From contig FP565575.1 of assembly GCA_000091165.1 (NCBI GenBank), positions 750,001 through 782,000 on the forward strand: DNA of 32,000 bases, read 5' to 3'. Each line of letters begins with the position of its first letter. Position 1 is the first letter of the stretch. This document shows, piece by piece, positions 1 through 8,685 of this stretch. Made by a program: the position numbers and the translations under genes. Source of the stretch: Candidatus Methylomirabilis oxygeniifera. Its GTDB lineage: Bacteria > Methylomirabilota > Methylomirabilia > Methylomirabilales > Methylomirabilaceae. The notes beneath the pieces were generated by a model that saw only the letters and a list, made by a program, of their open reading frames with translations, was not told the origin of the DNA and searched no databases.

Positions 1-54
1 ACTCCTTGACAGCGCGTACAATGCCCCTTCGGGCCACCATGGCCCGGCGAAGTC

Positions 55-97
55 TTGTTGAAGTCTTGTTGTGTTGTATATTGTTGTGAAAGGAGGG
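55..97 (+). promoter_or_regulatory. Candidate sigma-70-like promoter (TTGTTG 55-60, 16-nt spacer, TATATT 77-82) followed by Shine-Dalgarno AGGAGG
   Basis: Hexamers read directly, with the SD located upstream of the ATG at 106; weak match to -35 consensus. Confidence 0.35.
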
Positions 98-105
98 AAG
101 TCGAC

Positions 106-282
106 ATGGCAGAGAAGCCACAAGGAGCAAAACTTGCCAGCCGCACGAAGAATCAGGTCAAGAAGACGGCCGGTCAGTGTACATGCGGCGGCGATCTGAT
201 CTGGAGCATGGTCTTTAACCCGCGCGGTCGTATGATGAAAGTTTGCGAAAAGTGTGGGACGGCCTTGCCAAAGGTGGGGTAG
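106..282 (+). CDS. Small Zn-ribbon-like hypothetical protein (CxCGG...CxxCG)
   Basis: ORF with SD aaggaggg upstream of internal ATG; sequence ends CTCGGDLIWSMVFNPRGRMMKVCEKCGTALPKVG. Confidence 0.65.
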   Translation: MAEKPQGAKLASRTKNQVKKTAGQCTCGGDLIWSMVFNPRGRMMKVCEKCGTALPKVG

Positions 283-314
283 GGTACGACAGTACGCGGC
301 CTCTTAAAACGACA

Positions 315-346
315 GGGCTCCCCGATATGATCTGGGGAGCCCTTTG
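315..346 (+). terminator. Intrinsic terminator: GGGCTCCCC-gatatgatct-GGGGAGCCC then TTTG
   Basis: Perfect 9-bp GC-rich stem with 10-nt loop and T-rich tail just after the ORF ending at 282. Confidence 0.8.
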
Positions 347-556
347 TATTTTGTGACTGATATATAGTATGGGGGTCAGTGCTAAGTCGAGTGTCGGGCT
401 GTATCACGCCGTTTCAGCCAAGCAGGAGATACTGCTTGGCAGTCGCCGGTCCACACAGTATCATACTCTCGAATCGGATATGTCACCGTGAACACGCTGG
501 TCAAGTTACGTATGCAGGCGTTCCGGTGCATGGCGGTCATCAACTGAGCGGAGGAG

Positions 557-1291
557 ATGGAGCTTCACGGGCGGACGGCATTGGTGACGGGGGCAGCCAG
601 GCGTGTGGGCCGGGCGATTGCCCTGGCGATGGCGGGCCGGGGCGCCGATGTGGTGATTCACTATAGGAGCAGTGCGTCCGAGGCCCACGAGACAGTAGAG
701 GCGGTGGTACGTCTCGGCCGACGAGCGTTTGCCATTCAGGCCGATTTGGCAGAGCCGGATCAGGTCGAGGCGCTGGCTGACCGCGCAGTGCAGGCGTGCG
801 GGAAGATCGATGTCCTGGTGAACAGTGCCGCGATCTTTCGGAGAACGCCGCTCGAACAGCTTACCGTACAGGACTGGGAACAGTTCCTGCGCGTCAACCT
901 CACGGGACCGTTCCTGCTGGCCAGACGACTGGGCCTGCTGATGCGGCAGCAGGGAGCGGGGAAGATCATCAATGTCGCCGATGTCGCGGGGATCAAACCG
1001 TGGGCCGACTTCCTGCCCTATTCCGTCTCCAAGGGGATGTTGATTACCATCACGCAGGGGCTGGCGAAGGCGCTGGCGCCGGAGGTCCAGGTGAATGCTG
1101 TGGTGCCCGGCACAGTATTGCCGGCAGAGGACTACAGCGAGAAAGAGCGCGAGTCGATTGTCAGAGGCACACTGCTCAAACGGATCGGTGACCCGGCCGA
1201 TATCGCCCAGACCGTCCTCTTTCTTGTAGAAGGCTCGGATTTCATCACCGGGCAAGTCGTGGTCGTAGATGGGGGCCGATCGATCCAGTAA
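557..1291 (+). CDS. Short-chain dehydrogenase/reductase (SDR family, FabG/pteridine-reductase-like)
   Basis: N-terminal TGxxxxxG-like ALVTGAARRVGRAIA, NSAA, YSVSK catalytic motif, C-terminal ITGQVVVVDGG; SD ggagg before ATG. Confidence 0.9.
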   Translation: MELHGRTALVTGAARRVGRAIALAMAGRGADVVIHYRSSASEAHETVEAVVRLGRRAFAIQADLAEPDQVEALADRAVQACGKIDVLVNSAAIFRRTPLEQLTVQDWEQFLRVNLTGPFLLARRLGLLMRQQGAGKIINVADVAGIKPWADFLPYSVSKGMLITITQGLAKALAPEVQVNAVVPGTVLPAEDYSEKERESIVRGTLLKRIGDPADIAQTVLFLVEGSDFITGQVVVVDGGRSIQ

Positions 1292-1309
1292 GCGGCCCTG
1301 AAGGATAAG

Positions 1310-1987
1310 ATGAGCCACACCCTCTATCTGAAGCAAATGGAATTAGGCGAGATGGCCAACTACGTCTATCTGATCGGTTCGACCAAGACGAAGGAGGCCG
1401 CTGTGATCGATCCGGCCTGGGAGATCGAGAGGATTGTGGAGCTTGCCGCAGTTGATGAGATGACACTGACCCACATCCTGGTCACCCACTCCCATCCCGA
1501 TCATGTGGGTGGCAAGCTGTTCGGTCTTCAGATCCAGGGAGTCGCGGAGTTGCTCGAGCGGGTAGACGCCAAGGTGGTTGTTCATAAAGCGGAGGCCGAC
1601 CACCTGACCCCTCTTGCCGGATCGAACATCATGCGAGTCGACCATGGTGACACCGTGAGTCTGGGCGACATCACCGTGACGATCATCCACACCCCTGGCC
1701 ACACTCCGGGCTCACAATGTTTTCTGGTGCGGGATCGCCTGGTTACAGGAGATACATTGTTCATTGGTTCGTGCGGCCGCGTTGATCTCCCGGGCAGCAG
1801 TCCTGAGCAGATGTACGATTCGCTGACGAATAGAGTCATGAAGCTGGACGACAAGACCGTCGTCCTACCCGGCCATAACTACGCCGCTGGTCGCACGTCC
1901 AGCAGTATCGGTGAGGAGCGCAACAAGAACCCGTACGTTCAGTGTCGCTCCCTTGCCGCGTTCCTCCGCGTCACGGGCAATGCCTGA
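1310..1987 (+). CDS. MBL-fold metallo-hydrolase (glyoxalase II-like)
   Basis: THSHPDHVGG, HTPGHTPGS, VTGDTLFIGSCGRVD and LPGHNY motifs. Confidence 0.9.
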   Translation: MSHTLYLKQMELGEMANYVYLIGSTKTKEAAVIDPAWEIERIVELAAVDEMTLTHILVTHSHPDHVGGKLFGLQIQGVAELLERVDAKVVVHKAEADHLTPLAGSNIMRVDHGDTVSLGDITVTIIHTPGHTPGSQCFLVRDRLVTGDTLFIGSCGRVDLPGSSPEQMYDSLTNRVMKLDDKTVVLPGHNYAAGRTSSSIGEERNKNPYVQCRSLAAFLRVTGNA

Positions 1988-3143
1988 GTCCGGCGGCGCG
2001 TCGAACCTTCGACAGAGATCGGGACCAATCTACTCGGCGTCCCGGCTCTCTACGTACGAATCCTGCCCTCTTCAGTACAGGTTCCGCTACATCGACCGGA
2101 TCCACAGGACCGAGGAGTCGATCGAGGCGTACCTTGGCTCACGGGTCCATGAAGCGTTGAACGCGTTGTACCGGACGCTGCAGCTTGGCGGCGAGCCAAG
2201 CCTGTCCGATTTGCTGAAGGAGTATCACTGGCAGTGGGGGCAGCGCTGGCACAACCAGGTGAAGATCGTCAAGCAGGACCGCTCGATCGATTCTTACAAG
2301 GAGCTTGGCGAGCGGTGTCTGGTGAACTACTATCAGGCGCATCAGCCGTTTAACCACGGACAGATACTGGGGTTAGAATATCATGTCGCGACCTCCCTTG
2401 ACCCCCATGGTTGCTACAAGATTCAAGGGTACATCGACCGTCTTGTCAGTGTCGGGTCCGGGCGCTATGAGATCCATGACTATAAAACGTCCGGTCGTCT
2501 GCCGAGCCAGGGAGATCTGGATGTCGATCGGCAACTGGCCCTCTATCAGCTCGCGATAGAAGGGATATGGCCTGACGCCAAAGAGATCGAGCTGGTCTGG
2601 CACTACCTGGCCTTTGGCAGGGAACTCCGTTCGAGACGAACGCCGGACGCGCTCGAGAGGTTGAAACGTTCGACGATCGCCGTCATTGACCGGATTGAGG
2701 CCGACTCCGAGTTCAAGCCGATCAAAAGCAACCTGTGCCACTGGTGTACGTACCAGAACATCTGTCCGCTCTGGAATGACCACCCCGATGCAATCTATGT
2801 CCGATCCACTAAGGCGTTCGGTAATAGCCGTTCAATGGAGGAGGTCCAGACTTCGGATGAGCGAGGGGGGCTTGAACTGCAATCTATTGCTCGTGATGCG
2901 CTCCGGGAGGCGATCGTCACGGCGGCCGGACACGAAGGGGCAGAGATCCGTTTTGCCGAATACGGTCAGCTCTGGATCAGTAGGAGCCATGTGAATCCGA
3001 AGTCCACCGTAGATGGCACGGTGGACGGGTGGATCCGACTATCCGCCGAAAGCTTACCTCTGCTTTTCAGACAGGTGGAGCTGGCGCGGTTGAGTGCCCC
3101 CTTTGTTGAAAAGTTACAGCGGTACCTGAGAACCAGGGTATAA
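1980..3143 (+). CDS. PD-(D/E)XK (RecB/Cas4-like) nuclease domain protein with predicted Fe-S Cys cluster
   Basis: SRLSTYESCPLQYRFRYIDRI, LGSRVHEAL, YEIHDYKTSG, and CHWCTYQNIC (Cx2Cx5C). ATG at 1980 overlaps the upstream gene by 8 nt. Confidence 0.85.
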   Translation: MPESGGASNLRQRSGPIYSASRLSTYESCPLQYRFRYIDRIHRTEESIEAYLGSRVHEALNALYRTLQLGGEPSLSDLLKEYHWQWGQRWHNQVKIVKQDRSIDSYKELGERCLVNYYQAHQPFNHGQILGLEYHVATSLDPHGCYKIQGYIDRLVSVGSGRYEIHDYKTSGRLPSQGDLDVDRQLALYQLAIEGIWPDAKEIELVWHYLAFGRELRSRRTPDALERLKRSTIAVIDRIEADSEFKPIKSNLCHWCTYQNICPLWNDHPDAIYVRSTKAFGNSRSMEEVQTSDERGGLELQSIARDALREAIVTAAGHEGAEIRFAEYGQLWISRSHVNPKSTVDGTVDGWIRLSAESLPLLFRQVELARLSAPFVEKLQRYLRTRV

Positions 3144-3166
3144 AGTGTAGGGTAAGAGACGGAACT

Positions 3167-3763
3167 GTGAACCATACGCTTCGCACGCCGCACGCCGCAC
3201 GCCGCACGCGCTCCCCTCTTCGGTACGCCCCAGTGTCCACCACGCTCGGACGGCTCTATGTGGCCTATCGTGGCAAGGCTGTCTGCTGTGTCGCCCTCGG
3301 GTCGGATAGCCGTAACTTTGAGCGGGTGTGTACAAGGACGTTCGGTGTTCGACCGATGCCGGATCATCGCCTGCCGGAAGAGATGGCCACACAGGTATTG
3401 GACTGTCTGGCAGGGAAGCGGCGCTTTTCAGGCCTGATTGACCTGTCCCGCCTCACACCGTTCCAACGGAGTGTATTACAAAAGGTCCGGACCATCCCTG
3501 TCGGCAAAGTGCGCTCGTATCGATGGATCGCAAAAGCCATCGGTGCGGAGAGGGCAGCCCGTGCAGTCGGAACAGCCTTAGCCAAGAATCCGGTCCCGCT
3601 GTTGATCCCGTGCCACCGGGTGATCAGGAGCGATGGTCGCCTCGGGGAGTATTCCGGGGGTGGCCCTTCCGTGAAGGCGAAACTGCTGGCCTTCGAAGGC
3701 GTCGACCTGGAGGATCTGATGCGTCCGCGGAGCCGCCGCAAGGTCACTCGTCCGTCGACGTAG
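3167..3763 (+). CDS. ogt: Methylated-DNA--protein-cysteine methyltransferase
   Basis: Catalytic PCHRV in NPVPLLIPCHRVIRSDGRLGEYSGG; VRSYRWIAKAIGAERAARAVG. True start may lie downstream of the 7-mer repeat (about 3230). Confidence 0.9.
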   Translation: MNHTLRTPHAARRTRSPLRYAPVSTTLGRLYVAYRGKAVCCVALGSDSRNFERVCTRTFGVRPMPDHRLPEEMATQVLDCLAGKRRFSGLIDLSRLTPFQRSVLQKVRTIPVGKVRSYRWIAKAIGAERAARAVGTALAKNPVPLLIPCHRVIRSDGRLGEYSGGGPSVKAKLLAFEGVDLEDLMRPRSRRKVTRPST

Positions 3764-3836
3764 GGGCGGTACGGATCGCCCGGTTTCTGTAGCTTGACAG
3801 CCATGAGGCCCTTGGCTATAGTAGTCGCACCCTCGC

Positions 3837-3912
3837 GCCGGCGTAGCTCAGTTGGCAGAGCAGCTGATTCGTAATCAGCAGGTCGCGGGTTCAATTCCCC
3901 CCGCCGGCTCCA
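3837..3912 (+). tRNA. tRNA-Thr (anticodon CGU), CCA encoded
   Basis: Acceptor GCCGGCG/CGCCGGC, anticodon arm GCTGA-TTCGTAA-TCAGC, T-loop TTCAATT, discriminator T, CCA. One mismatch in the T stem (GCGGG/CCCCC). Confidence 0.93.
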
Positions 3913-4030
3913 CTAAAATATGCTCGTGACATCTGAATCCGTACGTCTTATGAGGTGCCGAAAAATGGCGCCGGGGTAAATGTAGCAAAGCCGAGGCAAT
4001 ATCGGCCAGCCCTCAAGGCCGTGATTGATC

Positions 4031-4069
4031 AAGCCCTCCGTGGAGTCGTATGCCACGGAGGGCTTTCTC
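4031..4069 (+). terminator. Strong hairpin, 13-bp perfect stem AAGCCCTCCGTGG / CCACGGAGGGCTT, 9-nt loop, T-rich tail
   Basis: Read directly at 4031-4043 and 4053-4065, followed by tctcttgtt. Confidence 0.65.
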
Positions 4070-4624
4070 TTGTTAGACGCCTCCCCGCTCGCGGTTCGAG
4101 CTTATATCTTCCCAGCGCTAGAGTGTTCCCTGGAGATATGCCAAGAGCCAAGAACCGCGAAAGCCAAGAAAAAGCTGATCGTAGACGAAAATACCACTGC
4201 GTCCATTGTGTTACCGACTGTTGCCATGAAATGTTCTAGAACGATAATGAAGACACTCTAACCTCCATAAGAACCCTAAAGGATCCAGTCTTCCCGTGAG
4301 TGGGGTATTTGGAGGGACCCTTTTGTATACAGTAGCGTAAAAAAATCATACCAGCTCGGGAGTCGCTTGGCCGCAATCAGCGGCTCGTGTGTCTCATAAC
4401 TTATTACCAACACAGAGATCATAAGTTTTTAGGCGAATACTTCGTTGCTGGCCTACGACTTGCGTGCAGCTTATACTTTTGGTCCCTCCAGACAACTCAG
4501 CATAGCGCGAGGGGTCGTGCAGCAGATGTTGGTGCTCGTCTTGTGGATCTGAGCACTGGAGGGGAGAGGGCTACCGCTCGGACGATCTTTCCGAATCTTT
4601 TGATTGGAGACATGGAGGTGTCCA

Positions 4625-6007
4625 ATGAAGATACCGCGGATCTTGATCGTTGAGGACAATCCACACATGTTGGACTTCCTGAGTGCCACTTTGGAACAAC
4701 ACGGCTTTATCTCTGTGCTTGCTTCGCATGGTGAACAAGCCTTACGCGCTATGGCCCTGACTCCCGTTGATCTGGCGATCCTCGAACACAGGCTGCCCGG
4801 CCAGTCCTCGGGCGTGGAACTGGCCAGGCTTATAAAACGCCGGGACGCGGGGCTGCCTGTCATTCTCATGACGGCCTACGGTACTGAGGAACTAGCCATC
4901 GAAACCTTGGAAGCGGGGATAGACGATTATTTCCCGAAGCCGTTAGTTGTCATCGATCTCTTGGTGAGCATTCGGCGACTCTTGGCCTCACGAGGGTCAC
5001 GTCCACGTCCGGCATCAGCCGGTATGGGAAGCAGCGCTCCAGACTTGATTGATGAGCATCGGCTCGTCGGGACCACGGCGCCGATACAAGAGATCAAGGC
5101 GAATATTCGTAAGGTAGCCCCGACCGACAGCAATGTTCTTATTACAGGCGAGACCGGCACAGGGAAGGAGTTGGTAGCTGAGCTGATCCATAAAAACAGT
5201 AAGCGAGCAGGGAAGCCGCTGGTTTGTCTGAACTGCGCCGCAATTCCGGAATCTTTAGTAGAAAGTGAATTATTCGGCTATGAGCGCGGGGCGTTTACGG
5301 GCGCCTACGCCGCCTACGCGGGGAAGCTGAAGCAAGCCGATGCGGGAACGGTCCTGCTGGACGAGATCGGCGACATGCCATTGTCCGCCCAGGCCAAGCT
5401 GCTTCGGTTGTTGGACAAGAAAACCGTTCAGCGCGTGGGCGGGCGAAGGGACGTGACCATCGATTGTCGCGTCATTGCCGCCACTAATCAGGATCTGGAA
5501 GGGCTGATGACTGCCGGTAAGTTCCGACGGGATCTCTACTATCGTCTGAACGTTGCGCACATCAGCGTGCCCCCCTTGAGGATAAGGAGAGAGGACATCC
5601 CGCTTCTGTTGAGGTACTTCATCGGTGAGCTCAATACGCGAATGGATAAACAAGTGTGTGGTTTCTCTCATGCGTTGGTCGAGCGTCTCCTCCGGTACGA
5701 CTGGCCAGGTAACGTCCGGGAGCTTAGGAATATGACGGAGGTCTGTATGATGGACCTGAACACCGGCATCATCGACCTCACGCACATTCCGAAAGAGTAT
5801 CGAGATAGATTACCGGATGGCAGCACCGACGAGAAAGGCGCGATTATGAATGCCCTCTGCGAAACAAAATGGAACAAGAGCCGAGCCGCCCAGAAGCTCC
5901 ACTGGTCTCGGATGACCCTCTACCGAAAGCTGGCGAAGTACCACATTTTCACCAGCCAGAGTGAAATCGAGCGCGGCACACTGATGATCTTGGACAATAC
6001 GCTGTAA
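4625..6007 (+). CDS. Sigma-54-dependent response regulator (NtrC/AtoC-like: REC-AAA+-Fis HTH)
   Basis: IVEDNPHMLDF and LMTAYG in REC; GETGTGKELVA, ERGAFTGA, GTVLLDEIGDM, NVRELRN in AAA+; C-terminal KSRAAQKLHWSRMTLYRKL HTH. SD ggaggtg before ATG. Confidence 0.95.
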   Translation: MKIPRILIVEDNPHMLDFLSATLEQHGFISVLASHGEQALRAMALTPVDLAILEHRLPGQSSGVELARLIKRRDAGLPVILMTAYGTEELAIETLEAGIDDYFPKPLVVIDLLVSIRRLLASRGSRPRPASAGMGSSAPDLIDEHRLVGTTAPIQEIKANIRKVAPTDSNVLITGETGTGKELVAELIHKNSKRAGKPLVCLNCAAIPESLVESELFGYERGAFTGAYAAYAGKLKQADAGTVLLDEIGDMPLSAQAKLLRLLDKKTVQRVGGRRDVTIDCRVIAATNQDLEGLMTAGKFRRDLYYRLNVAHISVPPLRIRREDIPLLLRYFIGELNTRMDKQVCGFSHALVERLLRYDWPGNVRELRNMTEVCMMDLNTGIIDLTHIPKEYRDRLPDGSTDEKGAIMNALCETKWNKSRAAQKLHWSRMTLYRKLAKYHIFTSQSEIERGTLMILDNTL

Positions 6008-6568
6008 CATCTGTGTCCGGATGTGACACCGATGTGACAGTATGCTGTGACAGGCTTCGATTGCAGCCCCTACCTCATCAGTATCTTTTTCAGTGTCAGC
6101 TAACACAGTAATTGTACCCACCTTCTCAACTGGCGCCTATCCTGCTTCTCAGTCACCCTCTCCCACACCAGCTCAAAAACCTGTAACGCCTTCTGTGATA
6201 TCCCATGCTAGACCAGACAAAGGACTGAACACGCGAAATCTTGGAAGAGGGCTTCAGTAATCGCTAGTTAGACGAGGCGACTCCTGGCCGGTACGAGATG
6301 GTCCCGGTCTTGCTTCTATCAGAACCATCCATCATCGCCCCTAGCGATGTCGTAGAGAATGGAGTTGACCGTCATCGCAAACACGATCCTTGAATCGGGC
6401 ATGCTCCGTTGATACAAAGGCGGCAACATCACGTGGTTATTGGATTTATCGCCAGTTCTCGCATGGAGGAGAAGGGATCCGACGGGTGTTGGGGGTTACA
6501 GAAGCGTTGCGAGGTAGTCGTTGTTCAATGTAGCAACGACTCCTTGCTTTCTGACGGAAAGGAGAACA

Positions 6569-7408
6569 ATGAGCTTATTAAAGTGTTTAGCGATAAAGCC
6601 TGAGACGCTCATGCGGATGGCTCTTGGCACAGCGCTCCTGGCCGCGATCCTCGTACCGGCCGAATCGGCGCTGGCGGTTGCTCGCTTTGGTACTCGCTGT
6701 CAGAAGGAATTCCAGAACGGCTGGCGTGCAACGCTCCCGTACATGTGGGATCGCTGTGGGTGGTTCAACGACGAACTCGACGACACCGACACAAAGGTCT
6801 TTTACTGGAACCTCCACGGCGCCCGTAACTCGTTCTCGACCTGCGACAGTTGCGGCAACGGCGTGGATGATGTGCACCTCCTCTACGTGGGCACGCATGG
6901 CGGCGCGATCAACGACACGAACGCCCGCCTGGTGATGTGGGACCAGAACGTGCGTGCGCTCTCCATCACGGACAACTGGCGCTATGGGGACGAGAACACG
7001 GGCGTTGCGTTTTTCGCGCAATACGCCTGCGAAACACTCACGAATGGCGATGGCAATATCTGGAGTCGCTGGCGAACGGCCTTTCGAGGCGGGCTGATCA
7101 TGGCCCTGGGTAGTCACGATAAGCTTTGGGACAGCGTCACGACCAATGAGACCGGTGAAGATTTCGCTGACGATCTTCAGAAAGGAAAAGTTGTCAAGTG
7201 GGCGTGGTTCGACGGCAACGGGGACTGGTGGGAAGACCAGGATGTGGCGGTTATGGCGACGGGGAGTTCCCAGACGGCAGCCAACGACGCCAGCGCGGAT
7301 TGCAAGTTCCGCCGCGACAACGTGAAGTGGCAGAACTTCGGCAGCTTCGCACGCTGGCGCGACGGTCAGGCTGAATGGTGGTGTCGCTCACGCATTGACA
7401 ACAACTGA
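6569..7408 (+). CDS. Secreted hypothetical protein, candidate caspase-like fold (DUF6345-like)
   Basis: SD aaaggag, signal-peptide-like ALGTALLAAILVPAESALA, hydrophobic block + HG (VHLLYVGTHGG) and hydrophobic block + AC (GVAFFAQYACET). Confidence 0.7.
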   Translation: MSLLKCLAIKPETLMRMALGTALLAAILVPAESALAVARFGTRCQKEFQNGWRATLPYMWDRCGWFNDELDDTDTKVFYWNLHGARNSFSTCDSCGNGVDDVHLLYVGTHGGAINDTNARLVMWDQNVRALSITDNWRYGDENTGVAFFAQYACETLTNGDGNIWSRWRTAFRGGLIMALGSHDKLWDSVTTNETGEDFADDLQKGKVVKWAWFDGNGDWWEDQDVAVMATGSSQTAANDASADCKFRRDNVKWQNFGSFARWRDGQAEWWCRSRIDNN

Positions 7409-7425
7409 ATCGAGAGGTGGATGCT

Positions 7426-8508
7426 ATGCGTATCTCCCGAACAGCGGCCCTGCTCACTGCAGGGTTTGTTCTTACCGCAGCGGCTCTTAGCGCGAATGAA
7501 CTGCGTAAAGGCCACTCCGACTACCTGGCGTCGCTGACGGAGCGCTCACTCAAAAAGGCCTTCCCTGCTCGCAGCGTGCGGCTGCTGGAGGTGGCTCCAG
7601 GCCCAGGCCGCGCCGCCGCCGCCAAGGCGATCCTCGCACGACTGGAACGAGGCGACCTTGGTCGGCGTCTCAGGCTCGCCGATCTGAAGCCGAGAACAGC
7701 GGACCGTCGTGTCCTCTCGTTTCTTGGTGAGGCGGGGTACTTGGATGTCATGGCCGACGGCTCGAAGCTGCGTGTCCGAGGAGCCATAGATGATACGAAG
7801 GAGATTGAACGCGCCGGCGCCGGTCGTATCGAGAAGAAAGCGCTGGAAGATTTAGGCCGTCGCTTCGTCCGTGAGGCGCTCTCGCCGTTGGTCAAGCTGG
7901 GTAAGGGCGAAACGCTGATGTTTCTTGGGGTGCGCTATCTGTACGACGGCGAGGCCGGTACGGAAGCGGCTACCGCGTCCCAAGAGCGCGAGCGGGTGAT
8001 TGCAAGCATCGCGATCTTTGGTCGCGAGGTGGCAGGCCTGCCAATTGTCGGTAGCGGATCGAAGGTGGCCGTATGGTTCGATAACTCCCGTGAACCCGTC
8101 GGCTTCGATGTAGACTGGCCGGTCTACCGCGTGTCGTCTCGTGTCCAGCGTGTGTTGTCACAGGCCGAGTTGGCGCGCCGCATCGCCACGACGACCGTGC
8201 CTCTCGGAGGCACCAAGGACATTACAGTCCGCCGCTTTGAGTGCGGCTATGTCGACCTTGGTGCTACCCGCCGCACGAAGGTTATGCAGGCCGGCTGCTC
8301 CATAGCGTTCGAGGGCCGCGGCGAAGGCGGCGAGGTTTGGGGACGCACGGAGTTTGTGCCGGCTGGTAGGCCCGCGCTAAAGGAGGCGCGGTGGCCGCTC
8401 GCCAATGCGCTAGCGGCGGGGGACGTGATCAACACCGGCACCGAGGAGTTCCAGCGCTTTCTCAACTCACCGAAGGCGCCAGACGAGGCTCCGCCTACGG
8501 CACAGTAA
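7426..8508 (+). CDS. Secreted hypothetical protein, partner of the upstream gene
   Basis: 17-nt gap to upstream ORF, SD gagaggtgg, N-terminal MRISRTAALLTAGFVLTAAALSA signal peptide. Confidence 0.75.
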   Translation: MRISRTAALLTAGFVLTAAALSANELRKGHSDYLASLTERSLKKAFPARSVRLLEVAPGPGRAAAAKAILARLERGDLGRRLRLADLKPRTADRRVLSFLGEAGYLDVMADGSKLRVRGAIDDTKEIERAGAGRIEKKALEDLGRRFVREALSPLVKLGKGETLMFLGVRYLYDGEAGTEAATASQERERVIASIAIFGREVAGLPIVGSGSKVAVWFDNSREPVGFDVDWPVYRVSSRVQRVLSQAELARRIATTTVPLGGTKDITVRRFECGYVDLGATRRTKVMQAGCSIAFEGRGEGGEVWGRTEFVPAGRPALKEARWPLANALAAGDVINTGTEEFQRFLNSPKAPDEAPPTAQ

Positions 8509-8685
8509 GACACCCTCGGCATTTGAGTAGGTGAGCCGTGAGAAATGGAGATGAGTTGCGATTACTGATAGGCGGATGAGTATCGGACCTATACCGAGTT
8601 CCTGGGAAACAATGGTGGTTTTGTGCAGGTGAATCTGCTGTATAGGATGATGTAGTTAACTGCTGACAGCAAGGAGGCGGATGGC

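Noticed and set aside
506-1336. Minus-strand 276-aa ORF opposite the SDR gene
   Set aside because: Overlaps a clear SDR CDS with all family motifs; low-complexity Arg/Gln-rich translation typical of antisense shadow ORFs in GC-rich DNA.
3364-3894. Minus-strand 176-aa ORF overlapping ogt and tRNA-Thr
   Set aside because: Runs antisense through the catalytic PCHRV region and into the tRNA; likely spurious.
3837-3912. tRNA-Thr as an integration site for a mobile island
   Set aside because: No integrase, transposase or repeated tRNA 3' end seen in the flanking sequence.
3955-4653. Short plus-strand ORFs (3955-4239, 4025-4261, 4387-4653)
   Set aside because: No motifs, overlap the hairpin or the start of the response regulator, no convincing ribosome binding sites.
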